Shown here: positions 29,501 through 37,643 of the stretch, one piece after another
Position numbering within the stretch: position 1 is the first letter of the stretch
Layout of the letters: each line of letters opens with the position of its first letter
Assembly (NCBI GenBank): GCA_964615185.1
Contig: CAZTOS010000008.1
Location: 1 to 47,081 of the forward strand
DNA: 47,081 nucleotides
Source of the DNA: an uncultured Thermococci archaeon
GTDB taxonomy: Archaea > Methanobacteriota_B > Thermococci > Thermococcales > Thermococcaceae
Direction: 5' to 3'
Translations under genes and position numbers: made by a program
The notes under the pieces: generated by a model
Seen by the model: the letters and a program-made list of their open reading frames with translations, nothing else
What the model was told of the DNA's origin: nothing
Databases searched by the model: none

Positions 29501-32500
29501 AGAACATGCGAAGAACTCTTCTGGATGAACCCCGGCTCAGTAGATTGGCAAGGCTGTCAAAAGTGGCAGAAAGAGGATCAAAACTTATCCCCATAGCTTC
29601 TATAGGTGCCACTCTCTACGGTAACTATGATAACTGGCGGAGGGTTGTTAAAGAGGGAGGGGGATGGTTCAGGGCAGCCGTAACGTACAACATTCAGACG
29701 AAGGCCACCAGCAGAACATCAGGGAGCTTGTGGTGCCTCAACCAGAAGGACATAAGCGGTGTTGCAAAGCCAAGCTTTGACAATCCAATGGTAGGATACA
29801 TACTAAGAAAGACCCTCGATAGGGAGAGAGTTAGAAAGGCAATCCAGAGGGCAGTCATTAACCTTAAGGTGAGCGAATTTGAAGAAGCTCCTCCTCATGA
29901 TCTCCACCTCCTCCTCAACGGAATTGATGTATTTGACCTTGAAGGCGTTCCAGCAATCAACAGGGAGTTCATGGTCCCCATTGACCCAGAAGTAATATTC
30001 CCAATGAGCGAAAATGAGTTCTCTGTTTTGATCCCGCTTTACAACCCTGGTTATTATGGTATAGTTACGGGCATCCAGCTTGAGTACATAATTGACCTGA
30101 GTAAGTTGCCAATACCGCTGGATGAGCTCACCGCCATGTATTTGGTTGGATCGAACTTAAGTGAAGTGCTCAGCTATTTGAATCTCTTGAACCGTGAAGT
30201 TTATATGTCTGACGGAGCAATAATGCATGTCATAAGGAGCAATGAAAAGGGAACCGAAAATGCTCCAATGCTGTTCTTAGTGGAATTGGCTAACAAGGGG
30301 AACGCCGAAACATGGACGGGAGTTTTGACGCTTTATGTAAATAATACGTTGGTGGATGCGGCTGAAGTTGGAAGACTTGATCCCTTGGAATCAGATTATG
30401 GAATGCTTACATGGATACCCAACCAGAGCGGAACCTATGATATTGAGATAAGATATGAGTACCTCGCCGATTCGCCGGTGCTTGACAAGGATGAATCTAA
30501 CAACGTATACAGAACGGAGATTGAAGTTCTTCCAGCAGTACCGGACTTTGAGATAACTAATGTGGAGTTTACAGCTCTACCTGGAAATGTCACGATATCC
30601 GGAACGATTGAGAACCTTGGGGGTTATTATAATGGAAGTGTTGAGCTTGCAGTTTATGTCAATAATACCTTAGAGAAAACATTGAATGAAACGCTGGGTA
30701 CCTTTAACGTTATCTTGCCCCTGGATATTGGAAGGTACAATATAACGCTTATAGTTGATCCAGAGGATGAGATAGAGGAAAGAAATGAGAGCAACAACGT
30801 CTATAGCCTTTTAGTTGAGGTCAAAAAGCCTGACACTACACCCCCATTGATAACCATTAACTCACCGAGAAGTGGCATTTACGGAATTACAGAATTCGAC
30901 ATAAACGTCACGGTGAGCGATGAGAGCAATATTGTTAGGGTTTGGGCAGAGTTTGAAAACGAAAGCGTTGAATTGTGTAGAATTCCTGAAACCAGCTTCT
31001 GGATTGGATCGGTGTCCCTTCCAGAGGGTAACACGACCCTTACAATAAAAGCATTAGATGAAGCTGGAAATGGAGGAAACGCTTCAGTATGGCTTTTGGT
31101 TGATTTGACGTCTCCAAACATCTCAATCCTAAGTCCGCTCAACAGAACTTACAACACGAGGAACATAACGTTTGAGTTCACAGTTAGTGACATCTCATTA
31201 GATTCCGTAGAAACTTACTTGGATGATAGTTCAGCACCGATAACAAGCGGAGAGACACTTGAAATGGATTATGGAAGCCATGAGTTCAAAGTCGTGGCTA
31301 CAGACAAGGCAGGAAACATCGCAGAGAAGAAGGTTGTATTCAGGATAAACAAACCACCGCTGGTGAACTTCACTTGGAATGCAAACTATCTGGTGGTGAA
31401 CTTCACGAGCTTGAGTTACGATGAGGATGGCGAGATCGTTAGATTCCTATGGCAGTTTGGAGACAATATCACGAGTGAGGAAGCGAATCCAACACATGTT
31501 TACCACAGGGGTGGGGTTTACAACGTGACCTTAAGGGTTTGGGACAATGATAATGCAACTTCAAGCCTCATGAAGCAGATAGTCGTGTATGCGAGCGTTG
31601 TAGTGTCCAGAACTAAAGAGTACACCTTTGAGAGGACCTTTGGTTTCTACAACTCAACGAGCTGGGATGACTTCAGGGAGGAGTTTGCAAGATGGGTTAA
31701 TACAACGCTATCGAACATTACACTGCCGTTCATGGATGAGTTTGAGCATGTCAATGAAACGTACGTGGGAGAATGGGTAAGGGTAAGCTATGACGAGAAC
31801 TTGAGCCCCGGAGTCGAACTTGGCTGGATCAATGCCACCTACGAGAGAAATTCAACGATAGTCGGTATAATCGATCACAACGTCACCACGATGTTCATCC
31901 ATGAAATTATGAACTTCTATGCAAACGCAACTCACGTTCCAGATAACAATCCTCCAGTAATAGTAATCATATATCCAGAGAGCAAAACGTATGATCACAA
32001 TGTGACCTTCGTGAAGGCTGAAGTTTACGATGAATCACCTATTAAGTGGGTTAAAGCAGAGCTTGATGGCATCTCCTACAACATGACCCTCATTGATGGA
32101 GCCTGGATTGCTAACGTTACAGCCTCAGATGGAAACCACACACTCACAGTCACAGCTTCGGATATCTACGGAAATATCGGCTCGGCTAATTTGAGCTTTG
32201 CAGTCAACACAAGCATCAGAATAATTGAGAACGGGAACACAACGGTTACAGTAATTCCGGGAGAGGTTGAGAGCGAAGTCGAGGTTGAGAATGACACGGT
32301 TGACATAACAATAACGCTTGAAGGAACAACCCAATTGTTTACGCTTCCAAGAGAAAGAAAAATAACTATTGATGGAAGGTTATCTGACAATCCATGGTTG
32401 GCAATATACAGCAATGCGAGAATGGAAAGAACACTTGAAGAAAGTGAAGAGGTGACAAGAGGGGCAGAAGTTTACAATGTTAGAAAAATCACGATGGAAG

Positions 32501-32994
32501 TTAATGTTTCAGAAGGGGGTTATGCTGTGGTCATGGTTCCTCTGCGTGGAATGAGACCAGTCAGTGTTGTAATAGAGAAGAACAGCACAAAATATGAGCT
32601 GACAACAAAGAAGGAAGAATACGGATATTTTGGAGTATTTGGCAATTATCTCTACATAGTGATCTTCGATGATCCCATTATTGAGGTGAGATTGGAACAG
32701 CTGAATAAGGAAAAAACAGTAGAAGTAGAGATGACAATATGGAGAAGCCTCGGACTTATGTGGAAAGCTTACTACTTGCGGCTAAAGGAAGAATTTGAGA
32801 ATCTACTTTCCAATGTTACGAACACAGATGCAGTGCAAAATGCATTAGTTCTCCATGAACAAGCTGAAATATACTTCAATGAAGCCGAGAAGTATGATTC
32901 AATGATTAATCCAATAATGTACAGCATATACATGAGAAAGGCATATATAACAGAGAAGGAGGCTCTTAAATTGCTTAAGAGGTATATTGATTAA
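20590..32994 (+). CDS. 4134-aa giant cell-surface protein: signal peptide, NIDO-like domain, about 18 CARDB-like repeats, FN3-like domain, central helical insert, Ig-like and PKD domains, Thermococcales pyrolysin-type C-terminal helical tail
   Basis: Repeated PD(L/F).....N.G.....D..N...E..E.NN units; NKPPLVNFTW...DEDGEI....WQFGD...NPTHVY...GVYNVTL.V.D (PKD); C-terminal YYLRLKEEFE...MRKAY; dense N-x-S/T sequons. Confidence 0.9.
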   Translation: MRRVIAFGVMLLLLFSTFSYPFFIAEAKGINLNSKNSKHETEVRSPSQAHSSDVPDIAVGEVYYLYVNNTHMRVYANITNYGEDSEAFNVTFKVILPQNLPQPAQIPFKWINITSELQNASEVHLGDYIEGGNAVLKADDGFFVYKLPFTLNYFGREIVNISVSTNGHIELLGKWEEPKLGDEYGTHEDMLYQYSDVIFALDDDLETEDGYLAVVQFGDKVVVEWLGSTYEDYDSSQYPVHFQVVIFRNGTIRWSYNLLRYSDYSYDLFAGYYSKVSMEENAVPKAERKSFEVQLPDISPSIFKVSISGLSNGASTEVYITLPIQDVYVKVIADDEEILNESYRYDNVRDIGIWPGDYWIENVTIGNMTVGEYTTINVTVKTTSHHPDDALIGLMLNNQTIWRGYISWDEFINGISQKTILWRVQGGEYDLRLRVYAQGDLNTSNNYYYIGHYSLPQPNFRIVNYSIEIPQCVGSQAVIRANITNDGDGSWSYVSVRFTVGYETPESFWTTVLVPTGEVVQAQVSFDVSPGNISWIHIEIDPYNSVFESNESDNYVNVTYVMSIPYPDFTVDSLSVPDNLAAGNVYEINATILNIGGCYDGEVRVNLYEENYRVAYKYVTPNTTVSFLWRPRGMGYRNLSVVVNSYHSLVESNYSNNALSRVVYVQGPDLIITNVTLVRFDGIAGSGAVFNVTIKNLGEAFTSGFYIRTRNALYNDYTYISGGLKKGEERWTLLEPILNGGNYSLVFVADYWNDIPEANESNNIYSYPINIPMPNFVIEKVELPNNTVGEIPINVTIKNVGAPFNASEKYIVVKAIYGEYGQENIYIDGFLDTNETASGETTVKIQAPGAIFNVTVNPYGDINETSYSDNSHIFNYTTGYPDLIVEISVPENISAGESKTVNFTVRNTGNATLSVLHGSWYYRYLPLSVIIYYENGDYREFKYELAPIVLKPGDETTRQVSIFFNGGVNVINATVDANDRWVESNETNNNVSLAIDVGKPDFMIVDYSISQEVINGTAYLYKSYPIKVNITNLEASYENYIYVGLYDVEEDSWWSTWIYKLSPGETKEATVYYYPYPGNHTLILSADYRNEIVESHENNNNVTLGTLTFGKPELVPIGVTWEPYNFTAGEKVVFSAFVENLGQRFYRYFTVRFEIYNGTDVIAYGNGYPSPYSWYFDTNETKEFRWTWYNAKPGNLTLKVIIDYYNDLPELNETNNELVANLGSIGTPDFYVHNLTVEDLAYGRYAVIKANITNLGEGIYRPIEVGLKINDYSTYQYIYGIEANETKKVEFRWYVSKAGKMNISITADPYDEISEINEDNNQVNGTYYVEAPDLTISSYEWIEEDVSRRYITFKLNVTNIGGDDYKSFYVGAYVDNETYPKASVSINSIKKNETKEVILQWAVDERGGHNVTLKVDAYNAVLESREDNNEVRTSYYIEEPDLSVESVSVEGDMIAGNLVTFHVTVKNLGGFFSDTVHFLIYREDTPIKNASYTLTLGKNVSKIIHLSGVRLDAGVHNYTVKLIPSISEKSLANNKRTITLSTPVPDLEIQILNGVDEISVGMNKIDLRLVSHNAPARYVAVKLTVKQGNKTREILVPYSYFNPLWNLERDDIYEKTVEITLDPGEYEISALIDSDNVIAEENEDNNRDSLSGYLSAPDLRITGLRILGKTYIGAKLYYLFNITNNGGFVRGVPIRYEVWRNGEKLWIVEDTGGTIYQIEENSWREYDFDNTNLYAGNLTIKAWVDPGNVIEESNESNNYFETNITVEPIDAQVVDVELPEIEHYGWYEGNVTIKNIGINGFSSPYRILICARIVLGGEGKIIHASSRECIQQLMSGEEAKVPFRFRVDAPKIHHISVQLFPIIYLGSFPVPFPPEWMNNFDSNFTNNMLIKELNISVPSPDLVIVNYTYSPKNATEREPISFNVTVRNIGDGISFESYIRLKFGNSYAYLSNARIPALEPNEEYTLSFTAKRSRESPYGIYDGNITLMINSNFIEKNLTNNEVHFTIPIKRIPILVVDSRYISLDREVVITRPSVLTVPIRNYGHVGANVTIASEFVTFEEFYMPPVSSKYIEGTVLIPENRSDLVGKFITLEMSLSAPYNHFTFTKSVEVHSGAEPKDLVPKDKDIVNRVLFYWRTELPSNGTLYYRKVGDENWTKVDMGEGNVHTALFDVEYKRWYEYYIVSWNRFGNHTSEIRKFYTFRSLGFEKSEYYFKVKRDYNQFRTLNVLNPFDEDYRAEAVIESTYPDIAVGFITDYSSSWTAERFFRAHSNTSLTLGMHFQDARQWNYALLVSLQDERGIKDYAIVRVELEPVVFNITYNIIDENPYTLTKTVELINNGGNITDFYLHHSDKVVVDPELLHFNFREEEKVVVKITPVLSENFTSHTEVIRLTGANQESNFTLSFEVPEGKKVFKITPNITVEFFYPDHNPATNPSGLVPSYLYNGTPYFVGTVYVRVKAYGVPLSSMNVTLVLRNSTDEVVDYATTDMLGVATFHIIAKGGERYSYMAKLSDDITTEWRSFEVNMTPVKTILPQEIEIEMIDSEGNNGTVLLNSPYIIKAYLPNLSQIYNNRTLALLKIRKLSFPATSWVYVGEFKGDHIEFNVTNLVFGLYEGRVYLENSMVYATSKPFMFLSAPTNFTSLPRTAIYAFRQDFNGSIVAMTYEETVSDENKKIFIYNVVPYDETHVNLTLMIYTTENTTDTLTFKMFDSDNNTIYYLRRNYTLTAPLTLISLIVPKEASRYEVSLDDPLNIGGVWRSIVQAGGELWGETKGFAYEVTHMSAKDWGETLYLMAREGILTPNTKAGVIVMCAVEVIPGFGNAVGTAGLASDLLSAALKKDMWGMGVVGFKKVTGSIKEYAEGLVKDAAAGYNELFEYVKEYRRALRKRDTELMEEILKRIDLLILENPDSLMRMRTALALSEDILPSVKVIETTSETKVILNPGFRGAESIMKMKSKEFGNYLKWTIIREAKNMRRTLLDEPRLSRLARLSKVAERGSKLIPIASIGATLYGNYDNWRRVVKEGGGWFRAAVTYNIQTKATSRTSGSLWCLNQKDISGVAKPSFDNPMVGYILRKTLDRERVRKAIQRAVINLKVSEFEEAPPHDLHLLLNGIDVFDLEGVPAINREFMVPIDPEVIFPMSENEFSVLIPLYNPGYYGIVTGIQLEYIIDLSKLPIPLDELTAMYLVGSNLSEVLSYLNLLNREVYMSDGAIMHVIRSNEKGTENAPMLFLVELANKGNAETWTGVLTLYVNNTLVDAAEVGRLDPLESDYGMLTWIPNQSGTYDIEIRYEYLADSPVLDKDESNNVYRTEIEVLPAVPDFEITNVEFTALPGNVTISGTIENLGGYYNGSVELAVYVNNTLEKTLNETLGTFNVILPLDIGRYNITLIVDPEDEIEERNESNNVYSLLVEVKKPDTTPPLITINSPRSGIYGITEFDINVTVSDESNIVRVWAEFENESVELCRIPETSFWIGSVSLPEGNTTLTIKALDEAGNGGNASVWLLVDLTSPNISILSPLNRTYNTRNITFEFTVSDISLDSVETYLDDSSAPITSGETLEMDYGSHEFKVVATDKAGNIAEKKVVFRINKPPLVNFTWNANYLVVNFTSLSYDEDGEIVRFLWQFGDNITSEEANPTHVYHRGGVYNVTLRVWDNDNATSSLMKQIVVYASVVVSRTKEYTFERTFGFYNSTSWDDFREEFARWVNTTLSNITLPFMDEFEHVNETYVGEWVRVSYDENLSPGVELGWINATYERNSTIVGIIDHNVTTMFIHEIMNFYANATHVPDNNPPVIVIIYPESKTYDHNVTFVKAEVYDESPIKWVKAELDGISYNMTLIDGAWIANVTASDGNHTLTVTASDIYGNIGSANLSFAVNTSIRIIENGNTTVTVIPGEVESEVEVENDTVDITITLEGTTQLFTLPRERKITIDGRLSDNPWLAIYSNARMERTLEESEEVTRGAEVYNVRKITMEVNVSEGGYAVVMVPLRGMRPVSVVIEKNSTKYELTTKKEEYGYFGVFGNYLYIVIFDDPIIEVRLEQLNKEKTVEVEMTIWRSLGLMWKAYYLRLKEEFENLLSNVTNTDAVQNALVLHEQAEIYFNEAEKYDSMINPIMYSIYMRKAYITEKEALKLLKRYID

Positions 32995-33011
32995 TTTTCT
33001 TTTCCTTCTTA
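32995..33011 (+). terminator. Pyrimidine/oligo-T archaeal terminator candidate
   Basis: TTTTCTTTTCCTTCTT directly after the stop codon. Confidence 0.5.
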
Positions 33012-33093
33012 ACTTTATTCAACCCTTTAAGTTATTATCAGCGATGGACATAAAAATATTGAGATACATAACTAAATTAAAGAAGGTGGGACT

Positions 33094-35370
33094 ATGGATA
33101 TCCCAAAGCTAATGAAAGTGCTTTCTAATGAGGTAAATCTCCAGATCTTGTCCATTCTCAAGTCTGGTTCATTTAACCCCAGAGAGCTCGCGAGAATTCT
33201 CCAAAGGGATGAAACTGATATTTCAAGACGTTTAAGGATGCTTGAAAGATTAGGATTGGTCAAAGGAAGATGGGTGAGAGTTAGAAAGAAGAATATCAGG
33301 GTTTATTCTTTAAAAGTTGGGGAAGTTAAGATCAGCTTTGAGCCTGGAGAGGTCGTAATAAAGACTTCCGAGGATAAAAGTTATGAAGTCCCCCTTCTTG
33401 AGAGTAAGATACCAAAAGTAGAGGCATTCTTTGGGAGGGAAACTGAAATAAAGACATTGTCATCATCAAAAAAGCCTGTGATAGTGATTTATGGAATAGC
33501 TGGAATTGGAAAAACTGCTTTGGCGGCAAAGGTCTTTGGAGACGCCTTCTGGTATCAGATGAGTGAAGTTGATAGCTTTGATTATTTTGTTTGGCAAATT
33601 GGGCTATTTTTAAATACTCTTAATTATTCCCTGCTTTTGGAATACCTAAGGAGTGAAGGTAAGGAGGAAAGAGATATATTTGAACTGATACTGGAGGGAG
33701 TGGAAAACACAAAAGCCAAAATTGTCGTTGATGATGTGCATAAGTGCTCTGATGAGAAGATACTTAAACTGCTTTCATTTTTAGCCCTAAGGGTAAGAAA
33801 AGGAAGGCTTGTTCTAATATCCAGAGAAAGGTTACATCTTGGCGCTAATGAAAATATTTTGTATTTCCAACTAAAAGGTCTCAGTCTTAAGGATGCGTAC
33901 ACCCTTCTAAGGGCAAAGGGTATCTATCTTGATGCATCTGAGTTTGTTGAAATCTACAATCTAACAAAGGGTCATCCTTTAGCTTTAACTCTCTTTGCAG
34001 AGACATATAAGGAAAACCAGAAAATACGCACAGACAATTTCTTTGATTTTCTATTCAGCGAGGTTTATCAGCGTTTAAGTGATGACGAAAAATTGATGCT
34101 TCAAGTAATCTCCCTATTTGACGAACCCCTTGAATACGAGGCAATTAAAGAACTATATGGAAAGAAGAACTCATTTGTTGTTCTGTACTCCTTGCTAAAC
34201 AAGGGGATAATCGAGAAGAGGGGTGAGGTTTACTTTCTTCATGACCTGCTCAAGGGCTTTGCAAAGGAAGTGAGAGAAATTGAGGAGAGGGAATATTATC
34301 TAAGGTATTTGGATTATCTGTTGAAAAAGAGAACTGCCAAAAATTTCTTGACGGCATTTAGATATGCAATTAAGCTTGGTGATGAAGAAAAAATCAAATT
34401 CCTCGTTGAACTGAGGATAAGGAGATTCAAACGGGTAATTCAGGATTTCCCAGATGCCTACATGAAGATTCTCCTTCAGATTAAAGAAAATCCCTATGCG
34501 AAAAAAGAGCTTGGCCGTATATACTTCCATAAGGGTTTCTTTAAGAAAGCACTTAAGCTGTGGCTTGAAGTTAAGAATAAGTTAGAGGGTATTCACAGGG
34601 CAGATACCATCAGCATATTAGCGGACGTCTATATGGAGCTCAACAACTTCGAGGAAGCTGAAAAATATGTGAAAGAGCTTGAGAGCATTGCAAAAAATAG
34701 CAATGACCCAGAGATCGAGTTCTGGTATTATATTGAGCTAACAAAGCTCTATTACTATCTGGAAAAGCCCAAAGAAGCCCTCGAAAGTGCATTTAAGGAG
34801 CTCGAGATATTAAGGAAAATGGGATCGTATCCAGAGGCTGAAAGTCTTGTTCTCCTTCATATTGGTGATATATACGGAGAGATGGAAAAATTTGATGATT
34901 CCGTTAAGTATTATCTTCAGGCATTAGATATTGCGAAAGCCTACAACCTGATATTTATGGAGCACCTGGCTTACATGGAGCTAATGAAGGCATATTTCCA
35001 TCTGAATGATTACAAAACGACTATTGAATATGCAGATAAAGCTGTAGAGTATTTTTTAAAGGTCAGGAATTACCGTAGAGCAACCGATACTCTTTCCTAT
35101 AGATGTGTATCTCATATTGGTCTGGGAAACTTAAACAAAGCCGAGAAAGATGCTAAAGAAATGGTAAGAATCGCCCAAAGCACAAATTATCCTCTTGGTT
35201 GGGCTGGATACATCTTTTTAGGAGCAGTTAAGGAGCTTAACGGAGAAGATGGAAAAGAGTATTTTGAAATTGGAAAGGAGAAATTGAAAGAGTACAGCTG
35301 GCTTTATGATGCTGTTTTGGAGGAACTTGGGAAGGTATTTGATATCTCAAAAATCACTGCCAAACCTTAG
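33094..35370 (+). CDS. ArsR-type HTH + STAND P-loop NTPase + TPR transcriptional regulator (PH0952-like)
   Basis: N-terminal wHTH (NPRELARIL...ISRRL..LE..GLV); FFGRETE, YGIAGIGKT, IVVDDVH, ISRE, TKGHPLAL, LHDLLK (MHD-like); TPR-like C-terminus. Confidence 0.9.
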   Translation: MDIPKLMKVLSNEVNLQILSILKSGSFNPRELARILQRDETDISRRLRMLERLGLVKGRWVRVRKKNIRVYSLKVGEVKISFEPGEVVIKTSEDKSYEVPLLESKIPKVEAFFGRETEIKTLSSSKKPVIVIYGIAGIGKTALAAKVFGDAFWYQMSEVDSFDYFVWQIGLFLNTLNYSLLLEYLRSEGKEERDIFELILEGVENTKAKIVVDDVHKCSDEKILKLLSFLALRVRKGRLVLISRERLHLGANENILYFQLKGLSLKDAYTLLRAKGIYLDASEFVEIYNLTKGHPLALTLFAETYKENQKIRTDNFFDFLFSEVYQRLSDDEKLMLQVISLFDEPLEYEAIKELYGKKNSFVVLYSLLNKGIIEKRGEVYFLHDLLKGFAKEVREIEEREYYLRYLDYLLKKRTAKNFLTAFRYAIKLGDEEKIKFLVELRIRRFKRVIQDFPDAYMKILLQIKENPYAKKELGRIYFHKGFFKKALKLWLEVKNKLEGIHRADTISILADVYMELNNFEEAEKYVKELESIAKNSNDPEIEFWYYIELTKLYYYLEKPKEALESAFKELEILRKMGSYPEAESLVLLHIGDIYGEMEKFDDSVKYYLQALDIAKAYNLIFMEHLAYMELMKAYFHLNDYKTTIEYADKAVEYFLKVRNYRRATDTLSYRCVSHIGLGNLNKAEKDAKEMVRIAQSTNYPLGWAGYIFLGAVKELNGEDGKEYFEIGKEKLKEYSWLYDAVLEELGKVFDISKITAKP

Positions 35371-36217
35371 CTTTTCCTTTTTTATCAACCTCAATGAATG
35401 CTTTTCTGTGAGCCCAGCACTGAATTATTAATCCAACTGGTAGGGAAGCCGGATGCCTGTGAGCGTATTCTATCTTGACATCTAAAGCGGTTGTTTTGCC
35501 TTCCATGCCCATTGGCCCAATTCCAAGTGAATTAACCTCTTCGAGAATTTCTTCCTCGAGCTGGGAAATCCTTTTGTTATCGTGTCTCACTCCAAGAGGT
35601 CTAAAAAGGGCTTTTTTAGCAAGCTTTAAAGCTAAATCTGCACTTCCTCCGATTCCTATACCAAGGATTATTGGTGGACAGGGTTTACCTCCACATTCTC
35701 TAACTCTCTCCAAAACAAAACGTTTAACGCCTTCAAAGCCTTCACTTGGATTCAGCATTGCCAAAGCCGAGCAGTTTTCACTCCCGCCACCCTTAGGCAG
35801 AACTGCGATTCTAATCCTACTCCCATCAACCAGCTCCCAGTGGAGTATTGGGACAAATCTACCGGTGTTATCTCCGGAATTTTTATTTGTGAGAATATCA
35901 ACAGCATTGGGTCTTAGAGGAATTTCCCGTGTAGCTCTTCTCGTCGCTTCCACTAAAATTTCTCTAATTTCACCAAGATACGGATTTTTAATCCCTGCTT
36001 CAACGAAAAAAGTTATCGTCCCAGTATCTTGGCAGATTGGGATTTTCTCAGTTTTGCTGATTTCAATCGATTTGAGAATGTTTTCGAGGTTAAATTTTGC
36101 AATTTTGCTTTCTTCTCTCTCATATGCTTCTCTTATTGCGTTAACAACGTCTTTGGGAAGACTTGTCACAGCCAGCTGGATGGCTTCAACAACTGCTTTG
36201 ATAATGTTTTCCTTCAA
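35354..36217 (-). CDS. Class I fumarate hydratase / L-tartrate dehydratase alpha subunit
   Basis: PICQDTG, PLRPNAV, PKGGGSEN, PCPP..LGIGIGG, RHPASLPV...QCWAHR. Confidence 0.95.
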   Translation of the reverse strand: MKENIIKAVVEAIQLAVTSLPKDVVNAIREAYEREESKIAKFNLENILKSIEISKTEKIPICQDTGTITFFVEAGIKNPYLGEIREILVEATRRATREIPLRPNAVDILTNKNSGDNTGRFVPILHWELVDGSRIRIAVLPKGGGSENCSALAMLNPSEGFEGVKRFVLERVRECGGKPCPPIILGIGIGGSADLALKLAKKALFRPLGVRHDNKRISQLEEEILEEVNSLGIGPMGMEGKTTALDVKIEYAHRHPASLPVGLIIQCWAHRKAFIEVDKKGKAKVWQ

Positions 36218-36278
36218 TACCCAACCCCCATACTTAACTCCTAACTAACAGTTATAAACTTCTTGAAAGAAAAGGGGA

Positions 36279-37382
36279 TCAAACCAAGGCTTTCAAAAAG
36301 CTCACATATATTTCCTTAACTCTCTTTACTGAGCTTATACTGACCCACTCATCAGCAGAATGCCAGTTGCCCCCGATTGGGCCAAAAACCAGCGTCGGCT
36401 TTCCTAAGTAAGTGCCAAAGTAGTTGAAATCTCCAACACTTTTTCCATAACTAATTTCAATATTCTCACCAGTAGTTTGCTTGAAAATCTGTTTAAAGGT
36501 TTTTACAAACTTTATGTTCTCCTTAACATAGTATGGGAGCATTTCTGGAGTGGGTCGCCTGAATTTTTCGATTTTCAGCTGTGCTCTTATTTCAAGCCTT
36601 TGAGCAAGCTTTTCAAGTGTTTCCCTAACAAATTCCCAGTCTTCCCCGACCACTGTATGTCTATCAACTATTGCTTTTGCATACTCGGGAACACTAAGTC
36701 CATCCGCTTCCCCTTTAATCTCAAGTGTGCAGAAACTTCCTTTTCCTAATTTTCGATGTTTTCTTAATCTTGCCTTGTTTAAATTTGCAAGTAATTTTGA
36801 AAGCTCTTCTATTGCATTAATACCCTCTTCAGGCCTTGCGGCATGGGCTTTCTTGCCAAAAGCTTCAATCTGAATTACAAACCTCCCTCTTGCACCAAGC
36901 ATAAGTTTTTCGTTAGTAGGTTCACCCAGTAGAGCGACATCAGCTTTTTCAAGCTTTTTGCTCTTAATTAACTCCCAAGCACCTCGGGAATACCCCTCTT
37001 CATCAACAACTGCGGTGAATATTACATTGGGTCTTTCACGTCGAGAGAGTTCAGCGATTTCCACGAAAGCACTCATTAATGCTGCTAAGCCACCTTTCAT
37101 ATCTGCGCTTCCAAGGCCATAAAACTTGTCCCCTTCAATTTGACCCCACGGGTTTTTTGTCCACCCGTTGCTTAATCCAACAGTATCCATATGACCGTTA
37201 ATCACAACAGTATTTTTTACACCTTTTAAATATGCGATTACATTGCTCCCAAATCCTTCAACCTCTTGTGTTTCAACTTTTGCATATAGTTCGAGAAATG
37301 ATGCTATAAATTCAGAAATCCTTTTCTCTTCCCCAAAATGGGATGGTATAGAAACAAGTTTTTTTAACAACTCAACTTCCAC
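36279..37382 (-). CDS. M20/ArgE-DapE family metallopeptidase/deacylase
   Basis: NGHMDTV, YGLGSADMKGG, VDEE, GEPT, HSADEW; GTG start after GGTGA. Confidence 0.93.
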   Translation of the reverse strand: MEVELLKKLVSIPSHFGEEKRISEFIASFLELYAKVETQEVEGFGSNVIAYLKGVKNTVVINGHMDTVGLSNGWTKNPWGQIEGDKFYGLGSADMKGGLAALMSAFVEIAELSRRERPNVIFTAVVDEEGYSRGAWELIKSKKLEKADVALLGEPTNEKLMLGARGRFVIQIEAFGKKAHAARPEEGINAIEELSKLLANLNKARLRKHRKLGKGSFCTLEIKGEADGLSVPEYAKAIVDRHTVVGEDWEFVRETLEKLAQRLEIRAQLKIEKFRRPTPEMLPYYVKENIKFVKTFKQIFKQTTGENIEISYGKSVGDFNYFGTYLGKPTLVFGPIGGNWHSADEWVSISSVKRVKEIYVSFLKALV

Positions 37383-37487
37383 AAATATCACCGTGTATTA
37401 TTACGTTGCGAAGTTTATTAACGTTTGTGATGATAAAATGCCAAATTTTATGTCTTGGTATACTTAGGGGAATTATTAAGAAACGTG

Positions 37488-37564
37488 TGGTGGACCGGGC
37501 GGGATTTGAACCCGCGGCCTCTGCCTTGCGAGGGCAGCGCTCTCCCAGGCTGAGCTACCGGCCC
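37488..37564 (-). tRNA. tRNA-Ala(CGC), with encoded CCA
   Basis: Reverse complement GGGCCGGTAGCTCAGCCTGGGAGAGCGCTGCCCTCGCAAGGCAGAGGCCGCGGGTTCAAATCCCGCCCGGTCCACCA; G3:U70 pair. Confidence 0.98.
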
Positions 37565-37643
37565 ACACCCATTGATGAAAGATAAGGCTGTCTATTTAAA
37601 GATTTCGCATAAAAAGAAAATATTAAGAAAAATTTAGAGGATA

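Noticed and set aside
35475..36248. 257-aa + strand ORF
   Set aside because: Antisense shadow of the fumarase alpha gene; no motifs or RBS.
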